64,000 nt of DNA from Candidatus Woesearchaeota archaeon (GTDB lineage: Archaea > Nanobdellota > Nanobdellia > UBA10117 > JABICX01), in NCBI GenBank assembly GCA_018652045.1, contig JABICX010000005.1, positions 74,426-138,425 on the forward strand, written 5' to 3'. Under the pieces are notes generated by a model. The model was not told where the DNA came from. It saw only the letters and a list, made by a program, of their open reading frames with translations, and searched no databases. Position 1 is the stretch's first letter. Each line of letters begins with the position of its first letter. Below, in pieces: positions 44,122 through 57,937 of the stretch. The translations under genes were made by a program, and so were the position numbers.

Positions 44122-44805
44122 TTATCCTCTAAACGATTCGTCTAAATCACCTGTATTTGAATATCCTCTGCTTTCCCAGTAGCCTTCATATGTTGGATCG
44201 TCAGATAGCTCAATCCTTGTGATCCATTTAATCCACTTGTATCCCCATTTGCTTTCTGCAACCAACTGGAAAGGATACCCTCTTTCAGGAGGCATTGTTA
44301 CATCATTCATCCGATGTGCTAGAATTATGTCGTTGTTCATCACATATTCTAATGGGAATGAAGTTGAATAACCATCATGCGCGTAAAAGATAATCGTGTT
44401 CGCCTCTGAAGTTGGTTGAGTCTCTGCAATTAGATCTTTGAGTAATATACCTTCCCAGAGAATTGTCGCACTCCAGCCTTCAACACAATCTAATGTTACA
44501 ACTTTTTTGTAGCTTTGGAAACCATCAACTACTTCTCTATATGTATACTCTTTTGGATTATCAACTAATCCAGTGACCCGTAGCTTGTAGGTATCGATGT
44601 TGACGTATTGCGGCCCCAATATAGAGTTCTCTCTAAAATCATCAACTGAAGACAGTTTTTTCCCTTCATATTCTCTAACCTCAACACCATCTAATTCAAT
44701 TGGCCCACTACTCCCAATACAGCCACTAACTACAAATAGCATACAGATTAAAACTATCACTAATATGTTTTGTTTCACGCTTTTACTGTTAAGCACTGAC
44801 AGCAT
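44122..44805 (-). CDS. sulfite-oxidase-family molybdopterin-binding domain protein (MsrP/YedY-like), lipoprotein signal
   Basis: VTLDCVEGWSATILWEGILLKDL and ERGYPFQLVAESKWGYKWIKWITRIEL patterns. N-terminal signal ending in VSGC. Confidence 0.7.
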   Translation of the reverse strand: MLSVLNSKSVKQNILVIVLICMLFVVSGCIGSSGPIELDGVEVREYEGKKLSSVDDFRENSILGPQYVNIDTYKLRVTGLVDNPKEYTYREVVDGFQSYKKVVTLDCVEGWSATILWEGILLKDLIAETQPTSEANTIIFYAHDGYSTSFPLEYVMNNDIILAHRMNDVTMPPERGYPFQLVAESKWGYKWIKWITRIELSDDPTYEGYWESRGYSNTGDLDESFRG

Positions 44806-44869
44806 AAAAAGTCTTTTATCTACTATTCTTAAAAGGATAGTTTTTTAAGTCAACTACTGAAGTGTAGTT

Positions 44870-45439
44870 ATGCATAAATGTAAAGACCCTACTTTGAATA
44901 AAATAGATCGGATCTTAGCTGGAGAGACAGTACAACCTACTGTAAGGGACGATATTCAGATAGGTAGTTACTTTAGACAATCTCATGAAATTCTGGAAAG
45001 TTTTGCCGTAGGACGTATTGGTTTAGAAGAGTACCTCACCAAAAAGACTGTCTCTGAAAAGAGCGTGCTAAAACATATTGACTTATTCAATACCTCTGAA
45101 GATCTTGAGCGTCGAGCTAAACTAGAGCCAAAGTGGGATGATACTCTTACGAAAAAAGTGATTGCTCACGAGAAAGCACACGCTAAGGTAGCTGCAAAGT
45201 ATGCGTTAAATACCCTTTGGGGATTTTATCATGGTGATGGTATTAATCCACCTTGTGCTTTTTCATATCATGCTAATTTTGTAGATGTTGCTCGTAAGGA
45301 AAAATGGGGGCGTAAGAAGATTTTAGAAGTACTCTCAGACATTTGCAATATAACTGACATGGGTGAAGATGACCGACAGATGAAAGAAATTGCAGATTAT
45401 GGTCTATCTTTAATACATTTAGGTAAAATTCCAGAATAA
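44870..45439 (+). CDS. hypothetical protein with HExxH motif (HEKAH)
   Basis: ORF plus a single short motif only. Confidence 0.35.
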   Translation: MHKCKDPTLNKIDRILAGETVQPTVRDDIQIGSYFRQSHEILESFAVGRIGLEEYLTKKTVSEKSVLKHIDLFNTSEDLERRAKLEPKWDDTLTKKVIAHEKAHAKVAAKYALNTLWGFYHGDGINPPCAFSYHANFVDVARKEKWGRKKILEVLSDICNITDMGEDDRQMKEIADYGLSLIHLGKIPE

Positions 45440-45441
45440 CG

Positions 45442-46614
45442 TTATTCTAAAACTACATCGATCTCAGCTAGCTTTTCTCGAACTAACGACAATACTCTCT
45501 CACGGTTTGCTTGAAACTTATCGTACTTTTTTTGTTCAAGTTCTGTCTTAGAAGTAATCTCTTCGATCTTACGTGTTATATCTCCAATAGCATGGTTTAG
45601 CTCATTAACACGATCGGGTTCAATCAAAGTGTTATCGATCTTTTGCTGAGTAGCTGTTATCTTGTTTATACTATCTAATACATTTCCATGATTGACTTTT
45701 GCTTCCTCAAGCAAGCTAATCAATTTCCTACCTGCATCTCTCTGAAATGCTGCTTCAAAATTAGCTTTGTATTCCCTTACAATCGCTATCTGTTTTGGAT
45801 TACTATGAAATGTGTTGGCTAAAAGTTTGAAATCTATAAGCGTTCTTAATTTGTAGATGTTTTTAGTGAGCTCAGTCTTGTCTTTTTCTAGATCTTCTCG
45901 CTTTTGAGTTTCTTTAGCATATGTTTTACTATTTTTTACAGTATCTATTTCTTTAGTGACGCGTTTCTTTTCGTCTTCTAACTTTGACACTTCCTTTTCA
46001 AAAGACGCCTTTTGAGACGTAAATTCTTGCGCGGTTTTTTCAAGGTTATCTATCTCATCTAATCGAGAACCCACAAACTGAATCATTTTAGTGTTCTTAA
46101 TTAAGGTTTCATTAGCACTTATTAGCTGTTTTATGTCTTTGAAAAAACGGGCAGTGCTTATGCCAATATCACCTAATTTGTGTCCAACAAAGAAAGATGC
46201 TTTCTGAAAATTCTTCATGGCTTTTTGATCAAATTCGTTGAAAACCTTAGTTATCGTTACCATAATATCTGCTGACGTAGTTAAATCTAAATTTCGTAGC
46301 GTTTCGATTAAGTTTTTGAGATGGTCGATGTACTTATCCAGATTAACTCCTGTTATGAACTTAGTACGTTTTTCAATTTTTAAGTTATCAAAATCGATTT
46401 CCTTAAGCTCAGCTACTTCTTTTTCAAGCTCATCAGCAAGTTGGTTTATTCGCGTATTTATTCGAGCTAAGAATTCAGCTTCTTCAGTAGCAATATCTTT
46501 TTTTCTACCTTGAATCCATTTTTTAAGATCAGTAGATTTTATCGTCTCAATAACCTTCTCTTCTAACTCTGTTTTAGACTTGAGTATCGATTTTAAACTA
46601 TCTAAAAAACCCAT
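45442..46614 (-). CDS. long coiled-coil protein
   Basis: Lys/Glu-rich heptad-like sequence throughout. Confidence 0.5.
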   Translation of the reverse strand: MGFLDSLKSILKSKTELEEKVIETIKSTDLKKWIQGRKKDIATEEAEFLARINTRINQLADELEKEVAELKEIDFDNLKIEKRTKFITGVNLDKYIDHLKNLIETLRNLDLTTSADIMVTITKVFNEFDQKAMKNFQKASFFVGHKLGDIGISTARFFKDIKQLISANETLIKNTKMIQFVGSRLDEIDNLEKTAQEFTSQKASFEKEVSKLEDEKKRVTKEIDTVKNSKTYAKETQKREDLEKDKTELTKNIYKLRTLIDFKLLANTFHSNPKQIAIVREYKANFEAAFQRDAGRKLISLLEEAKVNHGNVLDSINKITATQQKIDNTLIEPDRVNELNHAIGDITRKIEEITSKTELEQKKYDKFQANRERVLSLVREKLAEIDVVLE

Positions 46615-46676
46615 CTATATATTATTACCTAAAGACATAAAAAACATTTGCATAGACGTGAGTACAGAACTGTTAA

Positions 46677-47984
46677 CTATCGAGATGCGTTAGATCTACG
46701 CGGTCTAGCGGCATTAGACTGTCTTCGCAGTATTCGCGGTCTTTGACCACCACGTCCACCGCCACCCGAACCATTACGTCTACCCATAAATCTACCAGGT
46801 CGCCTATCTGTTGGTGTTCTACCTGTAGGTCTATATACAATCTGGGCGCTTGGGATTTCAGGCATTTCTATATGTTCAATGTCTCGATTAAGTCGACTAA
46901 CTTTAGAGAAATTATCATGATCGCGGTCTGAAAGTAATGTAATTGCCTTACCTTCTTTTCCGGCTCGAGCAGTTCTACCAATTCGATGAATATATTGTTT
47001 AGCATCTTTACAGACATCATAGTTGTAAATATGTGATACATCTTGAATATCTAAACCACGAGCTGCAACATCAGTACAGATCAAAGCATAGGTCTTACCT
47101 CTATGAAAATCTTGTAAGATCTGTTGTCGTTTACTCTGTGTCAGTCCACCATGGATAGCACAGCATTGTACATTGTTTGCTTTAAGGTTCTTAGCAACAA
47201 AATCAGTGTTCCTACGAGTATTACAAAACACCATTACTAATCCAGATCTTTCTTCTTTCAACAGATGAACAAGTAAAGAAAACTTTTCTTGACTAAGAAC
47301 ATCTATGTATACCTGTCTTAGTTTTGATGCATCAACAAACTGTTCAACTGAAATTTTCTCAGGATTATGCATGTGTTTCTTTTCCAGATGATAGATATCA
47401 TCGGAAACAGTAGCAGAAAACAATAGGGTCTGACGTCGCTTTGGAGTCTCTCGAATAATCTTTTCTACATCGCGTAAGAAACCCATATCTAACATTAGAT
47501 CGGCTTCATCAAGAACTAGCGTCTTAACTGCATTTAACCGAACGGTACGTCGGTCGATATGATCGAGTAATCTGCCAGGAGTTGCTACAACAACATCTGC
47601 TCTTCGTAAGTGCTCTATCTGTGGGTTAATCGATACACCACCATAGACTTTAACGACACTCATTCGTTTAAACTTAGAAAACTTTATGATTGCATTTCCA
47701 ACTTGCTCAGCAAGTTCTCGCGTAGGCACTAATACAACTGCCTGTACGCCTTTATGCGGTATTACTTTCTTGATTATACCACAACTAAATGCTAGAGTTT
47801 TTCCAGATCCAGTTTTAGATCCACCAATAACATCTCGGCCTGAGAGTATCAAGGGAATGGTTCTTGCCTGAATCTCAGTAGGCTTATCAAATTTTTGAGC
47901 ACGTATGGCGTCTAAAACGGGTTTCGTTACACCTAGTGCCTTGAATGTTTTTGTACTTTTCATTATTATCCACGATCTCAACAA
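46677..47984 (-). CDS. DEAD-box RNA helicase with Arg/Gly-rich C-terminal tail
   Basis: Motifs GSGKTLAF, PTRELA, DEAD, SAT and HRIGRTARAG. The start is probably the MKSTKTF Met. Confidence 0.9.
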   Translation of the reverse strand: MLRSWIIMKSTKTFKALGVTKPVLDAIRAQKFDKPTEIQARTIPLILSGRDVIGGSKTGSGKTLAFSCGIIKKVIPHKGVQAVVLVPTRELAEQVGNAIIKFSKFKRMSVVKVYGGVSINPQIEHLRRADVVVATPGRLLDHIDRRTVRLNAVKTLVLDEADLMLDMGFLRDVEKIIRETPKRRQTLLFSATVSDDIYHLEKKHMHNPEKISVEQFVDASKLRQVYIDVLSQEKFSLLVHLLKEERSGLVMVFCNTRRNTDFVAKNLKANNVQCCAIHGGLTQSKRQQILQDFHRGKTYALICTDVAARGLDIQDVSHIYNYDVCKDAKQYIHRIGRTARAGKEGKAITLLSDRDHDNFSKVSRLNRDIEHIEMPEIPSAQIVYRPTGRTPTDRRPGRFMGRRNGSGGGGRGGQRPRILRRQSNAARPRRSNASR

Positions 47985-48131
47985 AGAGCTAATGGATGTA
48001 GAACAAGATCCTTAAATCACATTACTTCTTTTCAATCTCTAACTCAGGTATATAATTGGTGTTTTTAAACCTATGCTTTATAGTATACTTTACTGTAGAA
48101 CATTTTTTAAGGGTTAATTACTTGGTAAAAT

Positions 48132-49646
48132 ATGGCAACTAAAGACGATCTTGAATTTATTTATGAGGTTCAAAAAGAAGCTAGTTTAATTGGCAATGCT
48201 GCAAGCTTATTACAATGGGATTTAGAAACCTACATGCCAAAAAAAGGGATTGAAGATCGATCTGAACAGTTAGCGATTCTAAGTAAACTAGTACATGAGA
48301 TGATCATTGATGATAAACTTTGGGCTGCACTTAAACGCTTAATGAAGTCAGCAGTTCTTAAGAAACTTACACCAAAAGACCGACTTGTAGTCACGCGGCT
48401 TCACAAAGGAGTTGAAAAAAGCCGAAAGGTTCCAACTAAATTTGTTACAGACTATACGAAATTTCAAGCAATATGTGGTGAAAAGTGGAAGATTGCTAGA
48501 GAGAAAAACAAGTTTGCGATCTTTGCACCATATCTTGAGAAGATGATTAAATTCAAGAAGCAGAAGATAAAATACATTAATCTCCCCGGTCATCCCTACA
48601 ACACATTATTGGATAGTTTTGAAGAAGGTATGACAGTAAAACAACTAAAACCGATCTTTGAGAAACTAAAACCTGAGTTAGTCAGGTTGTTAAAAGATAT
48701 AAAAAGCACTAAGCAGTACAAAAGACAAAAGAAAACGTTGAAAGGACGATTTCCTGAAGAAGGTCAGCAAGCGATTAGCGACTGGATTTACCCACAGATA
48801 ATCCGTGAAAAAGACATAAGTAGAATCGATAAATCTACGCATCCTTTTACAGTAAGTCTTGGTACACAGGATACTCGTTTTACAACGCGCTTTGACGATA
48901 AGGACCCTCTGAGTTCGTTCACTGGAACGGTTCATGAATCAGGACATGCTCTATACGATCTCAATCTTCCACAAAAGTACGCACACACGACGCTACATGA
49001 TGCACCATCATTTGGATTACATGAATCGCAATCTCGATTCTGGGAGAATATTATGAGTAGAAGTGAGTCATTCGCCAACGTGCTATTTACACAATTTAAG
49101 AAAGGCTTTCCTACGCAAATGAAAGGTGTCAAACTCAAGGATTTTTATCATGAGCTGAACTTTGTCAAACCAAGTTTAATTCGCGTTGAGGCAGACGAAG
49201 TCACATATTGCTTACACATTATCTTACGATTTGAGCTAGAGCTAGCGCTTATTGAAGGTCGTCTAAAAGTAAAAGATCTTCCAGCAGAATGGAACCGACA
49301 GATGAAAGCAATGCTGGGCGTCACTCCAAAAACAGATGCATTAGGTGTATTGCAAGATGTTCACTGGTCTTGCGGATATTTTGGTTACTTTCCAACATAT
49401 GCACTTGGAACTATCTATGCATCGCAGTTATTTGCACAGATGAAGAAAGACATCCCAGGATTAGAACGAAAGTTTGGTAAACTACAATTCGTGCCAATAA
49501 TCAATTGGTTAAAAAAACATGTTCATAGCAAAGGAGATACTATACGTGCAGATGACATCATTAAGAAAACATGTGGAAAAGGACTGGATGTTGATGCATA
49601 TGTTTCATATCTAAGAACTAAGTACAAGAAGATATATGGCTTCTAA
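48132..49646 (+). CDS. M32 carboxypeptidase (Taq-type)
   Basis: HESGHALY zinc motif, HPF, DTRFTTR and GLHESQSRFWEN blocks. Confidence 0.9.
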   Translation: MATKDDLEFIYEVQKEASLIGNAASLLQWDLETYMPKKGIEDRSEQLAILSKLVHEMIIDDKLWAALKRLMKSAVLKKLTPKDRLVVTRLHKGVEKSRKVPTKFVTDYTKFQAICGEKWKIAREKNKFAIFAPYLEKMIKFKKQKIKYINLPGHPYNTLLDSFEEGMTVKQLKPIFEKLKPELVRLLKDIKSTKQYKRQKKTLKGRFPEEGQQAISDWIYPQIIREKDISRIDKSTHPFTVSLGTQDTRFTTRFDDKDPLSSFTGTVHESGHALYDLNLPQKYAHTTLHDAPSFGLHESQSRFWENIMSRSESFANVLFTQFKKGFPTQMKGVKLKDFYHELNFVKPSLIRVEADEVTYCLHIILRFELELALIEGRLKVKDLPAEWNRQMKAMLGVTPKTDALGVLQDVHWSCGYFGYFPTYALGTIYASQLFAQMKKDIPGLERKFGKLQFVPIINWLKKHVHSKGDTIRADDIIKKTCGKGLDVDAYVSYLRTKYKKIYGF

Positions 49647-49656
49647 GTTTTTCGGT

Positions 49657-49672
49657 GAGAAAACTTTATAAG
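49657..49672 (+). promoter_or_regulatory. promoter-like motif GAGAAAACTTTATAAG (copy 1)
   Basis: One of three copies of AAAACTTTATAA within 215 nt. No obvious gene lies immediately downstream. Confidence 0.35.
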
Positions 49673-49710
49673 TCAAATCAAAGATTCGCCAATAAACTTT
49701 GCTTTCTCAA

Positions 49711-49724
49711 GAAAACTTTATAAA
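49711..49724 (+). promoter_or_regulatory. BRE/TATA promoter of tRNA-Asp (GAAAACTTTATAAA)
   Basis: The TATA centre lies about 28 nt upstream of the tRNA 5' end at 49748. Confidence 0.6.
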
Positions 49725-49747
49725 CCGATTAGAAGACAGACAAGCAA

Positions 49748-49917
49748 GCCCTGGTGGTGTAGTCTGGCCTATCATATGTGACTGTCAGAAATTCTTTGCA
49801 AAAAGGATTTACAGATCTCGCATGACCCGAGTTCAAAAAAACTGCTTTACGGCAGAGGAAAACTTTATAAGTTTATCCAATCAACCAAGATTGACTTTGA
49901 AAATCTCGGCCAGGGCG
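49748..49917 (+). tRNA. tRNA-Asp(GTC) with two introns (anticodon loop 49788-49816; T-loop about 49838-49903)
   Basis: GCCCTGG TGGTGTAGTCTGGCCTATCATA TGTGA CTGTCA[29 nt]C TCGCA TGAC CCGAG TTCAAA[about 66 nt]T CTCGG CCAGGGC G. The exons closely match the canonical archaeal tRNA-Asp. Confidence 0.8.
49855..49871 (+). promoter_or_regulatory. promoter-like motif GAGGAAAACTTTATAAG inside the tRNA-Asp T-loop intron
   Basis: Same motif as 49657 and 49711. It lies about 70 nt upstream of the rpoH start. Confidence 0.4.
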
Positions 49918-49940
49918 CTTATTTACGGTCGAGAGTATGG

Positions 49941-50186
49941 GTGGTATCGCTGGTTAAAAAAATAGATCTTTTAAAACATGTTTTGGTTCCGAAACATCGT
50001 ATTTTGTCTGAGAAAGAAAAGCTAGACGTTCTAGCCAGGTATAACGTTGCTTTAGTTCAACTACCAAAAATTCTTCTAAAAGACGCAGTTATTAAACAGC
50101 TAGATGCTAAGATTAATGACGTAATTGAAATAGAACGAATGGGTCCATCTGGAAAATATCTTTATTATCGGAGGGTTGTAGAATGA
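49941..50186 (+). CDS. rpoH: RNA polymerase subunit H (Rpo5)
   Basis: LLKHVLVPKHRILSEKEK...LPKILLKDAV pattern, GTG start, and first position in the rpo operon. Confidence 0.85.
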   Translation: MVSLVKKIDLLKHVLVPKHRILSEKEKLDVLARYNVALVQLPKILLKDAVIKQLDAKINDVIEIERMGPSGKYLYYRRVVE

Positions 50187-51673
50187 TTGATAGAAAGCTA
50201 CTTATCCGAAAATTCTTCGAGGAAAACACATTAGTGGGCAGCAACATTGTATCGTTTAATGATTTTATTGAGAATCAACTTCAGAAGATTGTTAATGATC
50301 AAAAAGAAGCTATACCTGCAGTTGTTCCGCCAGAAGTAGAGGAAGTAAAGTTTGAGTTTGGCGCAATCAGTCTTAATAGACCAACTATTGTTGAAGCAGA
50401 TGGTTCTGAAAGAGAGCTATACCCAATGGAAGCTCGATTAAGAAATTTAACATATTCTTCAAAAGTATTCCTAGAAGTTGGGTTAATCATAGATGGTAAA
50501 GAAAGAGAACGTGCAGAGGTTGAGATCGCAGAGATCCCTATAATGTTAAAATCAAAGTTATGTCACCTTTCAGATCTGAATTCTGAACAGCTAATTGATG
50601 CTGGAGAAGATCCGGAAGATTGTGGTGGTTACTTTATAATCGATGGTACTGAACGAGTACTCGTCTACTTAGAAGATCTTGCGCCAAATACTGTCTTTGC
50701 TAAGCTTGTTGACTCAGGTCCAATCACACACAAAGTTAGTCTGTTCTCAGCATATGATACATATAGAATTCCACATTCAATTGATAGGAACAAAGAAGGT
50801 TTATTCTTGATGAGTTTTACAACATTTAGTAAGATTCCTTTTGTTATAATTATGAAAGCGCTTGGCGTAACTGTAGATAAAGACATTGTGGATCTCGTAG
50901 ACCACGAAATCAATGACGATCTGTATATTAACTTATACGAAGCGCTCGATATTAAGACTGCGGAAGATGCGCAAGAATTCATAGCAAAAACAATGCACTT
51001 AGCACTACCTCGCGATCGAAAGATACAACGAGTTGTATACATGTTAGATAATCTTTTACTTCCACATGTTGGACGAGATATTAAAAGTAGAAAAGCTAAA
51101 GCACGATTTATCGGACGAATGGTTAAGAAACTTATTATGTTAAAGGCAGGTACCATTAATCCAGACGACCGTGACCATTACATGAATAAAAGAGTTAGAA
51201 TGTCTGGAGATCTTCTTGAAGATCTATTCCGAACCAACTTTAAAGTGTTGGTCAGCGACATCATATACATATTCACACGAGGAGTTAGACGAGGTAGAAT
51301 CATACCTTTAGCATCTATTGTACGAACAAAGTTATTAACTCAAAGGATAAAGAGCGCAATGGCTACTGGAAAATGGACCTCTGGACGACAGGGAGTTAGC
51401 CAAAGACTTGAAAGAGATTGTTATACTAACATGTACGCGCATCTAAGAAATGTAGTATCACTATTAGAAGCGTCTCGAGAGAGCTTTGAGGCAAGAGAGC
51501 TACATCCTACACACTGGGGTAGACTGTGTCCGATTGAATCACCTCAAGGAAAGAACATAGGTCTAAGAAAGACTTTAGCAATATTATCACACATCACAAA
51601 GAACATGAGCAAATCAGAACAAAGCAAATCAATTAAAACTATGGAGGAAATAGGTCTAAAACCTTTTGATTAA
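50183..51673 (+). CDS. rpoB2: RNA polymerase subunit B'' (N-terminal half of split Rpo2)
   Basis: Rpo2 N-terminal blocks (GGYFIIDGTERVLV, HWGRLCPIESPQGKNIGL). Overlaps the rpoH stop. Confidence 0.95.
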   Translation: MIDRKLLIRKFFEENTLVGSNIVSFNDFIENQLQKIVNDQKEAIPAVVPPEVEEVKFEFGAISLNRPTIVEADGSERELYPMEARLRNLTYSSKVFLEVGLIIDGKERERAEVEIAEIPIMLKSKLCHLSDLNSEQLIDAGEDPEDCGGYFIIDGTERVLVYLEDLAPNTVFAKLVDSGPITHKVSLFSAYDTYRIPHSIDRNKEGLFLMSFTTFSKIPFVIIMKALGVTVDKDIVDLVDHEINDDLYINLYEALDIKTAEDAQEFIAKTMHLALPRDRKIQRVVYMLDNLLLPHVGRDIKSRKAKARFIGRMVKKLIMLKAGTINPDDRDHYMNKRVRMSGDLLEDLFRTNFKVLVSDIIYIFTRGVRRGRIIPLASIVRTKLLTQRIKSAMATGKWTSGRQGVSQRLERDCYTNMYAHLRNVVSLLEASRESFEARELHPTHWGRLCPIESPQGKNIGLRKTLAILSHITKNMSKSEQSKSIKTMEEIGLKPFD

Positions 51674-53489
51674 AATGGGCGTTGATGTATTCATAGATGG
51701 TGTCCTTCATGGACAGGTACCTGACGGGGACAAGTTTGTAGAGCAAGTTATATCTAGTAGACGTGATGGAAAAATCTCTGGCTCACTAAATCTAAATTAT
51801 GATTCTGTTAAAAATCGAGTTGACGTTGTAATGTGTAAAGACCGACATAGACGTCCATTAATTATTGTCAAGAACGGTAAGTCCCTTCTAACTGACGAAC
51901 ACAACAACCAGCTTAAAGCAGGTAAACTTAAATGGTCAGATCTAATCAAGAAAGGAGTTATTGAATCACTGGATGCGCTAGAAGAAGAGAGTGCATTTGT
52001 CGCACTTAATGAAGAAGACATAACAAAAGAACACACTCACTTAGAAGTTAATCCTTTAGCAATCTTCGGAGCAAACACATCTCTTGTTCCATACGGTAAC
52101 TTTGAAGCTGCTGCCAGACTTAATGGTGGTCAGAAGAATCAACGACAAGGTTGTAGTCTATACGCATTAAACTTCCTAAACAGACTTGATACTAACATGA
52201 ATCTTTTACACTACCCACAAAGACCACTTGTTAGAAGTTTTACGCAAGATATTTTTGGAGATCTTATGGTTGGTGGACAGAATATAACTATTGCTGTTCT
52301 GAACTATGAAGGGTATAATGTTGAGGACTCTATTGTTGTAAACAAAGGCTCATTAGATCGTGGTTACGCTAGAATCACTCACTATCGTCCGTACATCGCA
52401 GAAAAAGCAAGATATCCGGGTGGACAGGTAGACCGGATTGCAATACCAGATAAGGAAATTCAGGGATATACAACTGAAGAAGATTACAGACTCCTGGAAG
52501 AAGATGGAATCACCTATCCTGAAGTAGATGTTAAAGGTTCTGATGTAATTATTGGAAAGAACTCACCTCCACGATTCCTAAGTAAGTTAGAATCATTTAG
52601 TGCTATTGCAAATATTCGAAAAGATACATCGGTAAGAATCAAATTTGGTGAGATCGGTACGGTCTCAAAGGTTCTTATGACTGAAAGTTCTGATGGTAAC
52701 CCACTTCTTAGAATCGAAGTAAGAGACACTCGTGTTCCTATTGTCGGAGATAAATTTTCCAGTAGATATGGACAGAAAGGAATCATTGGACTTGTTGCAA
52801 AATCAGAAGACGTTCCATTCACTGAGTCAGGTATACAACCAGATCTGATTTTTTCACCGTTTGGAGTCAGCAAACGTATGACAGTATGTCAGCTTATAGA
52901 GATCCTTGGTGGAAAGGTCGCAGCATTATCTGGTCGTTATGTTGACGGCACCTCATTTGATAGTGAGGACTCTGGCGACTTACGTAATGAATTAAAGGAA
53001 CTCGGTTTCCGAGACGATGGAACTGAGACACTTTACGACGGTCGAACTGGAAAACAATACGAAGCAAGAATCTTCGTAGGTAGTATTTATTATCTAAGAC
53101 TTAAGTACAATGCTAAGGACAAGTTACAGGCAAGAGCAAGAGGACGAGTCGCACTTCTAACACGACAGCCAACAGCTGGAAAGGCAGTTGAGGGTGGTCT
53201 AAGATTCGGAGAGATGGAGAAGGAGACTTTAATTGGTCATGGTGCATCACTTCTAATGAAAGAACGGTTTGACTCTGATAAGGCAATCATACATGTATGT
53301 GACCGTTGTGGTGACTTAGCGATTACTGATTATTACAAAGACAAAGTAACCTGTCTGACCTGTGGTGATAAGGTTAAGGCTTCACCAGTGGAGATGTCAT
53401 ATGCATTCAAGTTATTCTTAGACGAGCTAAAGAGTCTAGGAATCAGACCTAAACTGTCCTTACGCGACAAGTATAAAATTAATAATTAA
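51666..53489 (+). CDS. rpoB1: RNA polymerase subunit B' (C-terminal half of split Rpo2)
   Basis: GDKFSSRYGQKG, GGLRFGEMEK, and the C-terminal Zn ribbon CDRCG...CLTCG. Confidence 0.95.
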   Translation: MIKMGVDVFIDGVLHGQVPDGDKFVEQVISSRRDGKISGSLNLNYDSVKNRVDVVMCKDRHRRPLIIVKNGKSLLTDEHNNQLKAGKLKWSDLIKKGVIESLDALEEESAFVALNEEDITKEHTHLEVNPLAIFGANTSLVPYGNFEAAARLNGGQKNQRQGCSLYALNFLNRLDTNMNLLHYPQRPLVRSFTQDIFGDLMVGGQNITIAVLNYEGYNVEDSIVVNKGSLDRGYARITHYRPYIAEKARYPGGQVDRIAIPDKEIQGYTTEEDYRLLEEDGITYPEVDVKGSDVIIGKNSPPRFLSKLESFSAIANIRKDTSVRIKFGEIGTVSKVLMTESSDGNPLLRIEVRDTRVPIVGDKFSSRYGQKGIIGLVAKSEDVPFTESGIQPDLIFSPFGVSKRMTVCQLIEILGGKVAALSGRYVDGTSFDSEDSGDLRNELKELGFRDDGTETLYDGRTGKQYEARIFVGSIYYLRLKYNAKDKLQARARGRVALLTRQPTAGKAVEGGLRFGEMEKETLIGHGASLLMKERFDSDKAIIHVCDRCGDLAITDYYKDKVTCLTCGDKVKASPVEMSYAFKLFLDELKSLGIRPKLSLRDKYKINN

Positions 53490-53490
53490 A

Positions 53491-57252
<3,762 letters not shown>

Positions 57253-57253
<1 letters not shown>

Positions 57254-57504
57254 TGGTGGCCATAACAACTGTAATAAAAGATAAGAAAAAACTTGTATTT
57301 GGCAAAGCTGAAACACTAAGAATACTAAAAGAAGGTAAACTTGCTGAAGTATTTCTTACAACAAATCTTAATGATAAAGAGAGTTACAAACGCTTGGCTG
57401 CATTAACCGACACAAAAGTTAATGTAATCAAACAGACTAATGATGAACTTGGAGCTCTCTGCAGAAAACCATACGCTATATCAATAATTGGTTTAAAAAA
57501 GTGA
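57253..57504 (+). CDS. rpl30e: ribosomal protein L30e (eL30)
   Basis: Size, operon position and the L7Ae/L30e-like pattern (GKAETLRILKEGKLAEVFL...LGALCRKPYAISIIGL). Confidence 0.8.
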
Positions 57505-57508
57505 TACT

Positions 57509-57937
57509 GTGGTAATAAAACTAAATGCAGATACAATATTTCAGATGAGGTTATTCCGCGACATAACCTATGTTTCTTGTACTGATTGTTTTCAGGTTAA
57601 TAATACATTAATATTTGTTACAAAGAAAGGTGACGTCGGCAAGGCGATCGGTCCGCAAGGAAGAAACATTAAAACTCTTAGAGATAAGACTAACAAGAAC
57701 ATAAAAATCTTAGAACAGTCTGCTGACTGTTGCAGTCTGATTAAAAACTATCTTTTCCCTATCAAACCAAAGAACTGTGAGTTAGTTGACCAAGATGGCC
57801 GACAGACTGCTCAGATCGAGTTCAACTCCAGTAGAGAACGTAGATACTTATTAGATAATCAACAGAGAGGCCTTAAGGAACTTAAAGAGATTGTTGCAAG
57901 ATATTACTCTGCTGTAAAAGATATTCGAATTCTCTAG
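57509..57937 (+). CDS. nusA: archaeal NusA-like KH-domain protein
   Basis: KH motif GKAIGPQGRNIKTL and its position after L30e. GTG start in the track. Confidence 0.8.
   Translation: MVIKLNADTIFQMRLFRDITYVSCTDCFQVNNTLIFVTKKGDVGKAIGPQGRNIKTLRDKTNKNIKILEQSADCCSLIKNYLFPIKPKNCELVDQDGRQTAQIEFNSSRERRYLLDNQQRGLKELKEIVARYYSAVKDIRIL

Noticed and set aside
50665-51156. 163-aa minus-strand ORF inside rpoB''
   Set aside because: It is antisense to a highly conserved RNA polymerase gene, so it is a shadow ORF. The same applies to 52514..52873, 54306..54590, 56218..56604 and similar cases.
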